Part shown: in pieces, positions 50,346 through 62,842 of the stretch | How positions within the stretch are numbered: position 1 is the first letter of the stretch | Layout: every line of letters begins with the position of its first letter | DNA from: Heterodontus francisci | Lineage: Eukaryota | Length of the DNA stretch: 64,000 nt | Direction: 5' to 3' | NCBI RefSeq assembly: GCF_036365525.1 | Contig: NW_027140453.1 | Span: forward strand, 744,001-808,000 | Notes under the pieces: model-generated | Seen by the model: the letters and a program-made list of their open reading frames with translations, nothing else | What the model was told of the DNA's origin: nothing | The model's database searches: none | Made by a program: the position numbers and the translations under genes

Positions 50346-51349
50346 ATGATGCAGAACAACAGTGAGAAGGATTTCAAACATTGAGCTGGAAAATTGTGTT
50401 TCACTTCAAACCAAGAGCACACTAATTCCCTAATGGGACACTGTGGATGAATAAAGACATGAGGGTGTTGGGGAAGGGGAGGAAGGAGTGTACACTCTGT
50501 CCATGGGTGGCAGCTGGCAGCACGCCAAGAGAGAAAGTGAAGGGAAGTCAAGTCCAACAATTAGGAAGTCAGATTTGATCGGACAGTAGGGAGTGAATTT
50601 ACTGATTATATAATTCATCTTGTAATTGATCTGGGAGATGTGTTAAACACATTGCTATATATTCTCAGTCATGCTCTGTAATCTTCCTCCAATCATTGAA
50701 CACTGCAGTTTATGGATCATTTCACTAATCGCTGTTGAGCTGATGAAATTGTTTGATTGGCAGTGATAATATTTTTGGACCATTGTATCGAGTCCAATGG
50801 GTTGCAACCGTGATTACTGAGTGATTTCTCTCTGCAACTTTTAATCTTTAATAAAGCATGTCTGGGCATTAACCTGCACTCTGTGTTTGTATGTGTGACT
50901 CCACTCATTTTTCTGGGGTTAAAGTTACTTTTGTTAAAATTAAACGACTGTTTGATCTCTTTCGCACACACACACAATCTCTCTTTCTCTCACTCTCTCT
51001 CGCTTTCTGTCTTTCTCTCTGTCCCAGGCTTTCCTTATCTTGGGCACTCTACCTCTCATTCATTTTTCTCACTTTCTGTACACCCTCTTTTCCTCTAATT
51101 TCTCATTTTCCTTCTTACTCTGTCTCCATCACCCATTATCTCGTAGTCTCTCTGTCTCTCTATTTTCCTTTCCATTTCGTTCCCCCCCACATCCCCCCTC
51201 TCTCTCTTCTCTATTTCTCTCTCTGTTACTTGCTCTCGAACACTCTTGCTCTTTGTGGTTGGTTTATCTCCGACTTCTCCAATCGATCTTCAATAACTGA
51301 AATTCCTCATCCCTGGAACCATACTCGTGAATCTTTTCCGTTCTCTCTC

Positions 51350-51695
51350 CCTATGACTTATCAACAGGGTAGATGCAGGTAAGATGTTTCCCTTGGTTGG
51401 GGAGTCTACAACCAAGGTGCACAATTTCAAAATAAGGGGGAAGCCACTTGGGACTGAGATGAGGAGAAATTTCTTTACTCAGAGGGTTGTGAATCTTTGG
51501 AATTCTCTATCCCAGAGGGCTGTGGAAGCTCAGTCATTGAGTATGTTTAAAGCAGAGATTAACAGATTTCTAAATACCAATGACATAAAGGGATATGAGG
51601 ATAGTCTGGAGAAAAGGCATTGATGTGGATGATCAGCCATGATAGTATTGAATGGCAGAGCAGGCTCAATGGGCTGAATGGCCTAATCCTGCTCC
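51350..51695 (+). mobile_element. CR1-like 3' fragment
   Basis: MFPLVGES..FFTQRVVNLWNSL plus 3' UTR. Confidence 0.8.
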
Positions 51696-51999
51696 CTGTC
51701 TCACTGCAGTTACTGTTCCCTCTCACCATCTTAAATCCTTTAAAAAATTAAACACCTCCATTAGATTCCCCTGTCAATATTCTCATGTCGGGACTGCAAG
51801 CCTTGTCTATGCAACATTTCTTCATAATTTAACAGACTGGATGCTGGTGAAGTTAATGCATGGTTTCGGTTCTGGGAGCTGTGTCACTTTATTGCTGCTG
51901 GCTGAGCTTCTGAATTATAAATAGACAAGCTTGGAAATAGTTAACAGATCAGACAGCCTCTGTGGGGAGTGAAAAGGAGTTAACATCATCAGCGAGAGA

Positions 52000-53140
52000 G
52001 GGACCAATAACTGCAGTGAGATAGAGACACCAGCAGATGGAGATGGTGAGAGGGGGAGTAACTGCAGTGAGACAGGGCCACCAGTAGATGGAGATAGTGA
52101 GAAGTGGGGACATTAACTGCAGTGAGAGAGGGACATCAGCAGATGGAGATGGTGGGAGGGGGACAGTAACTGCAGTGAGAGAGGGACACCAGCAGATGGA
52201 GATGGTGAGAGGGGGAGTAACTGCAGTGAGGCAGGGACACCAGCAGATGGAGATGGTGGGAGGGGGAGTAACTGCAGTGAGAGAGGGACACCAGCAGATG
52301 GAGATGGTGAGAGGGGGAGTAACTGCAGTGAGACAGGGTCACCAGCAGATGGAGGTGGTCAGAGGGGGGACAGTAACTGCAGTGAGAGAGGGACACCAGC
52401 AGATGAAGATGGTGGGAGGGGGACCGTAACTGCAGTGAGAGAGTGTCACCAGCAGATGGAGATGGTGAGAGGGGGCAGTGACTGCAGTGAGAGAGGGACA
52501 CCAGCAGATGGAGATGGTGGGAGGGGGACAGTAACTGCAGTGAGAGAGTGTCACCAGCAGATGGAGATGGTGAGAGGGGGAGTAACTGCAGTGAGGCAGA
52601 TGGAGATGGTCAGAGGGGTGACAGTAACTGCAGTGAGAGAGGGTCACCAGCAGATGGAGATGGTGAGAGGGGGGCAGTGACTGCAGTGAGAGAGGGACAC
52701 CAGCAGATGGAGATGGTCAGAGGGGGGCAGTGACTGCAGTGAGAGAGGGACACCAGCAGATGGAGATGGTCAGAGGGGGGCAGTGACTGCAGTGAGAGAG
52801 GGAAACCAGCAGATGGAGATGGTGGGAGGGGGACAGGAACTGCAGTGAGAGAGTGTCACCAGCAGATGGGGATGGTGAGTGGGGGAGTAACTGCAGTGAG
52901 GCAGATGGAGATGGTCAGAGGGGTGACAGCAACTGCAGTGAGAGAGGGTCACCAGCAGATGGAGATGGTGAGAGGGGGGCAGTGACTGCATTGAGAGAGG
53001 GACACCAGCAGATGGAGATGGTCAGAGGGGGGCAGTGACTGCAGTGAGAGAGGGACACCAGCAGATGGGGATGGTGGGAGGGGGACAGTAACTGCAGTGA
53101 GACAGGGTCACCAAAAGATGGAGATGGTGAGAGGGGGAGT
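52000..53140 (+). repeat. Minisatellite, unit about 51 bp, about 22 copies, with CTCF-like upstream+core motif and E-box
   Basis: Unit TAACTGCAGTGAGAGAGGGACACCAGCAGATGGAGATGGTGAGAGGGGGAG. Confidence 0.9.
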
Positions 53141-53839
53141 ATGCCGTCCAGTTGTGGTCACCACACTTTAGGAAGGATGAGTGTCCTTGACAGGCTGCAG
53201 AGGAGATTTACCAGAATGGTTCCAGGGATGTTACATGGTTAGATTGGAGAATATGGGGTGGTTTTCCTTTGAGCAAAGGCGATTGAGGGGAGATCGGATA
53301 GGAGATGTACACGATTGTGACAGTGTTAGATAAAGTAGACAGAGTAAACCTGTTCCCATTAGTGGATGGTGCAAGGACTATTGGTCACAGATTGATGATT
53401 CTGGACAATAGATACTGGGGTATTTGAGGAAGAACCTCTATACACAGTGAGTGGTAACAACAGGGAATTCACTGCCTACCAGGGTGGTGGAAGTGGAGAC
53501 AATGAATGATTTCAAAAGGAAATTGAATGGACACTTGAAGGGGATAATCTTGCTAGACCGCAGGGATAGAGAGGTGGAATGGAATTGACTAGATTGCATG
53601 GACTCGATGGGCCGAATGGCCTCCTTCTGTACCATACTGGCTGTATGACTTTCTGGCTAACTGGCTGTAAAGTGTTTTCAAATGACATGGTGTTGCAAAG
53701 GTCACCAATAGAGATACACAGGGGCTCGTTGGTTTGCTGAGCTTTCCAGATGCTGCTGCTCACAGGTGGGTGTTTTAGGGGCAGGTTGGGAGGGTGAGGA
53801 CGTTTTTGTCTCACTCTGCTGCAGGGTTGTATCGCCGTG

Positions 53840-54465
53840 CCCACACTTGCTGCACAGTAGTAGGTCGCAGTGTCTGTCGGCTGGGGGTCGCCCAGCTGCA
53901 GGGAGAATCGGTTGCTTGCAGAGTCTTGTTGCACAGTGAACCGCTTCTCAAAGCCTGGCCCACAGCTGCCGTGCTCATTGCACATCCACTCTACTGCCTT
54001 CCCCTCCTGCCTGTACCAGTGCATGGTGTAGCTGCCCATGCTGGCTCCCTCCAAGTTGCAGCCGAGGGCGAGGGGCTTCCCCGGTCGAATAGAAGCCGCG
54101 GCTGGAGTCTGGACCACAGTAGGTGCAGACTGAACCCCTGGAACACATTCCATAAAAGAAAGTGATTCAGAATCATGCAAGGAAAATGGTAGCATAAATC
54201 ATAGAATCTAATAGAATAGAAAGAGGCCGTTCTGCCCATCGTATCTGCGCTGGCTGTTTGAATGAGCTATCGAGTTAGTCTCACTTGCCCCTGCTCCTAC
54301 CCCATTGCCCTCCCAATTTCCCTGCTCCAAGCCCTGATCCAATAGCCATTTGGGAGATTACTATTGAATCTACTTCCACCTGCTGAAGGGATAGCACTTA
54401 CAAAAAATCCAATGTCCAAGCAATAAGATGACCAAGATTGAGATGTTTTTAGCTGAGACTGCCAT
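53840..54465 (-). CDS. TRBV: TCR V gene segment of a distinct family with an extra Cys pair, potentially functional: leader 54465-54402, V exon 54137-53840
   Basis: Leader MAVSAKNISILVILLLGHWIF with phase-1 GTAAGT donor; V VQSAPTVVQTP..GCNLEGASMGSYTMHWYRQ..EWMCNEHGSCG..DTATYYCAASVG. RSS CACGGCG 53839-53833 / 23 / ACAAAAACG 53809-53801. Confidence 0.85.
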
Positions 54466-54749
54466 TGTCCTTCTCAGAAGCAGAGAGGCAGCCCTTACTG
54501 AGCATCAAGCCGGCGCCTGGTAAATGGAAATGCCACCGGTTGTGATGAAGAGAGTGGAACGATTGGCCGCCCATCCTGTACCTCGACCACGCCTGTCAGC
54601 AGAGTGAACAAATGAGGAGCACTTCCCTCAGCAGCATTGCTGTTATTTATGCAGATTCCTGCAAGCCCCTGAGCCCGACTTTCTCTCTTCCCTTCCCAAC
54701 ATTCCCACCTTTCCTTCCATGGAATATTGCCTTATTTTTTGATTGGTCA

Positions 54750-56200
54750 GGAATGTGCTGACCATGCGAAAGATAGGTTGGAAAACAAATTGTGAGGAGG
54801 GCACAAAGAGTCTGCAGAGGGTTATAGATAGGTTAAGTAAGTGGGCAAAAAATGGCAGATGGAGCATACTGTGGACAAATGTGAGCTTGCCCACTTTGGC
54901 AGGAAGCATGGGAATTCAGAATATTATTTAAATAGAGAGAGACTGCAGGTCTCGACAGTACAGAGGGATCTGCGTGTCCTGGTACGTGAATCACAAAAAG
55001 TCAGCATGTAGGTACAGCGAGTGATTAGGGCGGCAAATGAAATGTTGTTGTTTATTGCAAGGGGAATAGAATATAAAAGTAGGGAAGTGTTGCTAAAGCT
55101 GTACAGGGCCTTAGTTAGACCACATCTGGAGTACTGAGTAAAGTATTGGTCTACGTAATTAAGAAAGGACATAAATGCATTGGAATTAGTTCAGAGAAGG
55201 TTCACTCGGCTGATACCTGGGATGAAGGGATTGTCTTATGAGGAAATGTTGAGCAGTTTGAGCCGATACCCACTGGAGTTTAGAAGAATGAGAGGTGATC
55301 TTACCGAGACATGTAATAATTTAAGGGTGATTGACAGCTTGGAAGCCGAGAGGATGTTTCTCCCTGGTGGGCGAATCTAGAACTAGGCAGCATAATTTCA
55401 AAATAAGTGATTGGCAGATGGAGTATAATGTGGGGAAGAATGAGGTTGTTCACTTTGGTTGTAAGAATATAATTTTTTACAAGGCGTGAATCTTCTCGAT
55501 GTTGATGTTCAGAGAGGCTTGGGTGTCCCCGTACATGAGACACAGTAAGTTCACATGCAGGTGCAGCAAGAAATTAGCAAGGCAAATGGCCTGTTGGCCT
55601 TTACTGCAAGTGGGATTGGAGTACAGGAATAAGGAAGTCTTGTTACAATTGGCCAGCGCTTTGATAAGATCACACCTGCTTTACTGTACACAGTTGTGGT
55701 CTTCATATCCGAGGAAGGCTACACTTGCCTTGGTGGCAGTACAACGAAGGGTCACTCCATTGGTTCCTGGGATGAAAGGTTTGTCCTATGATGAGAGAGC
55801 CTGTATTCTATGGAGGTTAGAAGAATGAAAGGTGATCTCAGTGAAACATACAAGATTCTGAATGTGCTTGACTGGGTAGACACTGAGAAGTTGTTTCCCC
55901 TGGCTGGGGAATCTCTTGCAGCCTCAGGATAAGGGGCCAAGCATTTGGGACTGAGATAAGGAGAGGTTTCTTCACTCAAAGGGTGGTAAATCTTTGGAAT
56001 TCTCTACCCCCGGGGGTGGTGGATGCTCCATTATTGAATATATTTCAGGTTGTGATAGACAGATATGTGGTCACTGATGGACTGAAGGGATATGGGGAGC
56101 GGGTGGAAAAGTGGAGTTGAGTTAGAGGATCAGTCATGATGGTATTGAATGACAGAGCAGGATCGACGGGCCGAATGGTCTACTCCTGCTCCGATTTCTC
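54750..56200 (+). mobile_element. Two tandem decayed CR1-like 3' fragments
   Basis: LQRVIDRL..WA, ELVQRRFTRLIPG and VQRRVT..VPG segments. Confidence 0.8.
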
Positions 56201-57095
56201 ATGTTATTCTAAAATCTAGTCATTTGATTCATGATGATTCCATTAACACAATCTAAAAACCCGTTAACTTTAACTGCAGGCTCTTTACATCAGTCTTCTC
56301 CCTTCACTGATCAGACCAGAATAATTCTCTGCTGGCCTCTTTCAGTATCTTCCCTGCAATTGGATTCATTTCTGGCCCCATCAACGTACATAACACAACA
56401 TAAGCCTAAATTTAATGCCAGTTGCCATTGTGTGGCCTAATCCCCTGCCACAGGGAAATCACTTTGGATTCCACAGGACCCCTCTACTGTCTTAACCCGT
56501 GCACAGATTTTAGTGACATCTGCAAACATTCTTTTATTATTTCATTGGATGTGGGAGTCACTGGCCAGGCCAGCAATTATTGCCCATCCCTAATCGCCCT
56601 TGAGAAGGTGGTGGTGAGCTGCCTTCTTGAGCCACTGCAGTCCATGTGAGGTAAGTACACCCACAGTGCTGTTAGGAAGGGAGTTCCAGGATTTTGACCC
56701 AGCGACAGTGAAGGAACGGCCGAAACAGTTCCAAGTCAGGATGGTGTGTGACTTGGAGGGGAACTTGCAGGTGGTGGTGTTCCCATGCATTTGCTGCACT
56801 TGTCCTTCTAGATTGAGGTCGCGGGTTTGGAAGGTGCTGTCGAAGGAGCCTTGGTGCGTTACTGCAGTGCATTGTGTAGCTGGTACACACTGCTGCCACT
56901 GTGTGTCTGTGGCGGAGGGAGTGAATATTTAAGGTGGTGTTTGTTTAGTTAGATTCCCCCAGCTGCTGTGGTGGGATTTGAACTCTTGTGCTCTGGATCA
57001 TTCGGTCGAAGCCTCAGGATTACTAGTCCCAGTAACATAACAGCAATGCTACCATACCCCCAGAGACTGGGGTAAGGTGTATTACACAATTCCCA

Positions 57096-57420
57096 AGTTT
57101 TTGCCGTGTTTCCTTGCATTCTAGTTGCACTGTGTGTATCCTAGTGAGCCCCGCAGTAGTAAGTGCTGTTGTCTTGGAGCCAGGAGCTTTTCAAGGACAG
57201 AGGGAAAGTGTTGGCCTGAGTCTCGTGCTGGGTTTCAATCCTTTTCCTGTAGTTCGATGCAGAAAGTACACTCTATCTGATCCATTCCAGGCAGTCACCA
57301 ATCTGCAAGTACCAGTCCAAAGAACACTCAGTCATGTTGCCCTGCCCAATGCTTCTGTGGATTATGGGTTCCTCCACGGGAACCAGGGTGTTGACCGCTG
57401 GGGACTGGAGAACCATCTAA
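57096..57420 (-). pseudogene. Degenerate TCR V pseudogene with intact 23-RSS
   Basis: VLQSPAV..DWYLQIGDCLEWIR*..LSLKSSWLQDNSTYYCGAH*; first Cys lost. CACAGTG 57134-57128 / 23 / GCAAAAACT 57104-57096. Confidence 0.8.
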
Positions 57421-58839
57421 CATCTAACAAGATTCTTCACACAGGATGGCACATCAATGGGGAGAGAACGATACAGGGTTACAGGGAGGGACAGAGGCAA
57501 AGGCAGAAGAGAGGGAATAAGAAGGAGACAAACTATTCTTCTCCAGTCACGCTGCTACATTCATACTTATATTTGCTCCGCAGGTTAAGCCCAATTATAA
57601 ATCAGATTTATTACATTGATAAAACTATAAAAGCACCAAAGTCGGAAGGATGAACACAAACCAGCTCAGTCTGTATCTGAGAAAAAAGAAAATTGGTAAT
57701 GTTTAATGATGATACTCTGTCAGAATAATCCTAACTGCTGTTCACATCAAGGAACAGTAAATTATTTCAATTTGGTAGACGAGGAGATTATGTATAGCAA
57801 TGCATAAAGTAACTATTACAAACATTAATTTCATCAACAATGGGACCAAATGGGGATAGTGGTGTTTCCTGTCTGAAAGCTGGAAAGCAGGAATATGGAA
57901 AGCAGATCTCAAACTACTTTGAGATTCATTTCAGAGGAGGAGGCTCGTTATAAGCAGTGTGATCAAACCGCCCCTGCTGCTGTGGAAACTGCAGATAGGT
58001 CAAATAACCAGTGTCACTGGCGTTGTATTCCTTGCAGAGCACCCTCTGACCACATCATACCAACAAAACCTTAGAGGGGAACAGAGCCGGACAGGCAGAG
58101 GCCATCCCGGGGAACCCCACATAGGGAGAAATAAAGAGAGTATGAGAGAGAGAGAACAACTGGGAGGGAGCAAGGGAGAGGTAGAGTGAGGCAAAGACAG
58201 AGAGAGAGAGACAGACTGATCAACACAGCCACTGAGAGATGGAATGATTCAGGGAAAATTAGTTCGAAAGAGAGAGAGAGAGAGAGATTGAGAGAACGAG
58301 TGACAGATAGAGAGAATGAGGCAATGGGAGGTGTAGAGACAGACAGGGAGAGACAGAGACAGAGCGAAACAGAGACAGGAAATGAGAGGAGATAGGCAGA
58401 ATTAATTAGAGACAGAGAGACAGAATGAGACTGAGTGCGTTTGAGAGAGAAATAGAGACAGACAGCAAGAGGAAGCGAGGAAATGAGAGGCGAGAAAGAG
58501 AGGGGAAGGAAAGAAGAGAGTGAGATAAAGAGAGAGAATGAGAATGGGTGTGCGTGTGAGAGACAGAAAGAGCAACAGAGCTGTGAGGAAATGAGAGAAG
58601 GAAAGAGAGACAGGGATAAAGAAAGAGAATGAGAGTGAGTGTGTGTGAGAGAGGAAAAATAACAAGAGCAACAGAGACAGAGAAACAGGCATGAAGAGAG
58701 AGAGAAAGGAAACAATTTTACAGAACAACATAAACGATGTTTTTTAAATCAATATTGGTGAAGTCTGATGTGTTTCCTGGTCCTAGCTCGCCCTCTGCTG
58801 TCCCCCGGAGGAGAAAACCCCCCAAAAATACAAAAACAA

Positions 58840-59650
58840 CTGCAGCACAAAAAAACACTAACAAATTCAACAATAACTTCAACAGGAAAAATAAAAGCAC
58901 CAATGAAAAGGGCGGCACAGTGGCCCAGTTGTTAGCACCGCAGCCTCATAGCTCCAGCGACCCGGGTTCAATTCTGCCTGTGTGGAGTTTGCAAGTTCTC
59001 CCTGTGTCTGCGTGGGTTTCCTGTGGGTGCTCTGGTTTCCTCCCACATGCCATTATACATTGCCCGTGGTAAAGGTAGGTGGCAGGGAAATACAGGGACA
59101 GGTTGGGATGTGGTAGGAATATGGAATTAGTGTAGGATTAGTATAAATTGGTGGTTGGTGGTTGGCACAGACATGGTAGGCCGAAGGGCCTGTTTCAGTG
59201 CTGTATCTCTAAACTAAACTCTGAACTAAACAACTTCAACAGGAAAAACACCAACAAATTCAACAACAACTTATTACAGGAAAAACATCAACAAATTCAA
59301 CAACAATTTCAACAGGACATAACACCAACAAATACAAAAACAACTTCAGTAGGAGAAAAACACCAACAAATTCAACAACAACTGCAGCAGGATAAAAACA
59401 CCAGCAAATTCAACAACAACTTCAACAGGAAAAACACCATCAAATTCAACAACGCTTTCAACAGGAAAAACACCAACAATGCCAACAACAGCTTTAGCAG
59501 GAGAAAAACATCAACAAAGTTAGCAACAACTTCAGCAGGAGAAAAACACCAATAAAATTGAACAACAACCTCAGCAGGAAAAACACCAACAAATTCAACA
59601 ACCACCTCAACAGGAAAAACACCAACAAACTCAACAACAACTTCAGCAGG
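58840..59650 (+). repeat. CAA-rich degenerate tandem repeat, interrupted by a SINE; inverted copy at about 61985-62260
   Basis: Unit like CAACAAATTCAACAACAACTTCAGCAGGAAAAACAC. Confidence 0.85.
58909..59230 (+). mobile_element. tRNA-derived SINE with CR1-like tail
   Basis: GGGCGGCACAGTGGCCCAGTTGTTAGCAC (A box) .. GGTTCAATTC (B box), core GTGGAGTTTGCAAGTTCTCCCTGTGTCTGCGTGGGTTTCC, tail GGCCGAAGGGCCTGTTTCAGTGCTG(CTAAA)n. Confidence 0.85.
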
Positions 59651-59769
59651 TTGTCTGTTCCTGGGATCTTGCCTTGTAGAAACTGGCTTCCACTCTTCCT
59701 ACATTACATCAGGGGCCGTACTTCGAAACAGTAGCAAAGAATATGGGAATAGAAAAACCTATGAGATTA

Positions 59770-60097
59770 GCAAAAAATGCGAGATCTTGGGATTCATAAA
59801 TAGACGCAAAGCCTACAAAAACTAGTAAGTTATGCTGAACCTTTATAATGCTCTAGTTAGGCCACAACTGGAGAATTGCTTCCAGTTCTGGTTATCACAT
59901 TTTATGAAGGAGGTGAGGGTCATAGAGTGGGTGCAGAGGAGATTTACCAGAATAGTTCCAGGAATGGAGGATTTTAGTTACAAGGTTACGTTGGAGAAAC
60001 TGGTGTTATTCTCCCTGGAGAAACTGAGATTGCGTGGAGACTTGATAGAGGTGTACAAGATTGTGACAGGTTTAGATAAAGATCACAAAGAAAAGCT
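59770..60097 (+). mobile_element. CR1-like RT fragment
   Basis: LYNALVRPQLENCFQFW..RLRGDLIEVYKI. Confidence 0.8.
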
Positions 60098-60645
60098 GCT
60101 ACTCACCCAGGAGTCAGTCCCCCAGCTCCACTGACTGGTCCCACAGTGTTGGTGTTCCTGCTACTCACCCAGGCGTCAGTCCCCCAGCTCCACTGACTGG
60201 TCCCACAGTGTTGGTGTTCCTGCTACTCACCCAGGAGTCAGTCCCCCAGCTCCACTGACTAGTCCCACAGTGTTGGTGTTCCTGCTACTCACCCAGGAGT
60301 CAGTCCCCCAGCTCCACTGACTAGTCCCACAGTGTTGGTGTTCCTGCTACTCACCCAGGCGTCAGTCCCTCAGCTCCACTGACTAGTCCCACAGTGTTGG
60401 TGTTCCTGCTCCTCACCCAGGAGTCAGTCCCCCAGCTCCACTGACTAGTCCCACAGTGTTGGTGTTCCTGCTACTCACCCAGGAGTCAGTCCCCCAGCTC
60501 CACTGACTGGTCCCACAGTGTTGGTGTTCCTGCTCCTCACCCAGGAGTCAGTCCCCCAGCTCCACTGACAAGTCCTACAGTGTTGGTGTTCCTGCTACTC
60601 ACCCAGGAGTCAGTCCCCCAGCTCCACTGACTAGTCCCACATTGT
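60095..60645 (+). repeat. 62-bp minisatellite, 9 copies
   Basis: Unit CTACTCACCCAGGAGTCAGTCCCCCAGCTCCACTGACTAGTCCCACAGTGTTGGTGTTCCTG. Confidence 0.95.
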
Positions 60646-61288
60646 TTGTGCTCCTGCTCCTCGCTCCAGCTGCAGGGAATTTACAGCACAGCAACAGGCC
60701 ATTCGTCCCGATACATCCATGCTGGTCTTTTTGGTCCACACGAACGTTGTTCCACGCCCTCTTCATCGCGCCCCCAGCCACATATCCTTCTGTTCCTCTC
60801 TCCCTCATGTCCTATCCAGCATCCCCTCAGCTTAAATATATCTTCCCTATTCCCCTCAGCCTGTGATAATGAGTTCCACATTCTCCCCACTCTCTGGGTG
60901 AAGATGTTTCTCCCGAATTCCCAATTGGATTTATGGCTGACTGTCTTATATTGATGCCCCACCCCTTTTTCTGGTCTCACCCGCAAATGAAAAAAAACTT
61001 CTCTACATTTATCTGATCAAAAACCCTTTCATAATCTTAAAGAGCTCTATCAGGGCACTCCTGAGCCTTCTCTTTTCAAGCGATAAGAGCCCAATCTGTT
61101 CAGTCTTTTTCTGATCATTATAACCTCCCAGTTCTCGTATCATCCTTGAAGATATTTCCGTGCAACTTTTCCCCGACGTTCAATGCAACCTGTGTCTTCA
61201 TCATGTCAAAGACATGTTCACACTGCAACAGGTAAACCCAACAGGATACAGAGCTGCAGGCCTTAATCTGAAACAGGTGTTTCTCTTG

Positions 61289-61622
61289 GTGTTTTGTTGA
61301 ACTGCTCCGTCTCTCTGAGTCACTGTGCTGACTCCAGGCACAGAAATACAGGGCCGAGTGATTCTCCAGCAGGCTGGTGTACTCCAGGTTGAACTGGGAG
61401 CCAGTCGGTCGTTTGGCGTTGAAACCCTCCACCGTCCCCTCTGAGTTCACACCTGGTGTAGCTGTGGTGTAAAACATCAGCCGCGGCTCCTTCCCCGGTC
61501 CTGTCTGTACCAGAACATGTAACCGCTACTCTCATCCTCCACACGGCACTCCAGTCCCACTCCCTCCCCAGGAAATCTGGAGATGGCGGTGGGATTCTGG
61601 CGGACCCTCGCGGAGATTGCGC
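61289..61622 (-). pseudogene. TCR V pseudogene (CAW family), 1-bp frameshift after WYRQ
   Basis: AISARVRQNPTAISRFPGEGVGLECRVEDESSGYMFWYRQD / GKEPRLMFYT..HSALYFCAWSQ. Heptamer 61327-61321, nonamer ACAAAACAC; no recognisable leader. Confidence 0.85.
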
Positions 61623-62842
61623 CTGGGGGAAGAGACCGGGAGAGAAGAAAGTCAGTGAACATGGACAATCTGGGATGTGAAGAATGAAGGAAGAAGAGAA
61701 AGATAGAGAGAAAGAAAATAAGAAAGAGAGCTGTTAATAAAAACAATGGGGGTGTGGGGTGGTGGTGAGAAAGATCCTTTACTTTGAAATAAGACCATGA
61801 GACTCAGTAACAGATACATCTTCCACTGGAAGCTTATCCTGCAATTGGGAAATCAGTGGAAAGAAGACAGTTGAGTCTTGTGAGGAGCCACATGTAGACT
61901 CAAGCAAGTGATTCAGGTTTGCACAACACCTCCCTCCCTGATGGGGAACCCACGCCCCTCTCTCTACCATTGGCTGCCAGTAGTTGCTGTGGCATTTATT
62001 GGTATCATTCTGCTGCTGAGGTTGTTGTTGTATTTGCTGGTGTTTTTCTCCGACTGAGGTTGTTGAATTTGTTGGTGTTTGAATCTCCTGCTGATCTGTT
62101 GTTGAATTTGTTGGCCTTGTTCTCCTGCTGAGGTAGTTGTTGTGTTGGTTGGTGTTTTCCCTGCTGAGGTTTTTGTTGTACTTGTTGTTTTCTTCCCTGT
62201 TTAAATTGTTGTTCAATTTGGTTTTTGCATGTTGAGGTTGTTGATGTATTTTTGGTGCGGTTATTTTCTATTTTTTAATTCATTCATGGGATTTTGGGCG
62301 ATGCTGGTTGAGGTCAGCATTTATTGTCCATCCCTAATTGCCCCTTGAGAAGGTGGTGGTGAGCTGCCTTCGTGAACCACTGCAGTCCATGTAGTGTAGG
62401 TACACCCACAGTGCTGTTAGGAAGGGAGTTTCAGGATTTTGACCCAGCGACAATGAAGGAACGGTGATATAGTTCCAAGTCACGATGGTGTGTGACTTGG
62501 AGGGGACCTTGCAGGCGGTGGTGTCCCCATGCTTCTGCTGCCCTTGTCCATCTAGTTGGTAGAGGCCGCGGGTTTGGAAGGTGCTGTCGAAGGAGCCTTG
62601 GTGCATAACTGCAGTGCTTTTTGCAGCTGGTACATACTGCTTCCACTGTGCGTCGGTGGTGGTGGGAGTGAATATTTAAGGTGATGTTTGTTTAGTTAGA
62701 TTCCCCCAGAAGCTGTGGTGGGATTTGACCTCCTGTGCTCTGGATTATTCAGTCGAGGCCTCTGGATTACTAGTCCCAGTAACATAACAGCTATACTACC
62801 ATACCCCCAAAGACTGGGGGAAGGTGTATTACATCATTCCCG

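Noticed and set aside
58909-58975. tRNA gene
   Set aside because: The A/B boxes are the head of a SINE with core and LINE-like tail; no full cloverleaf is evident.
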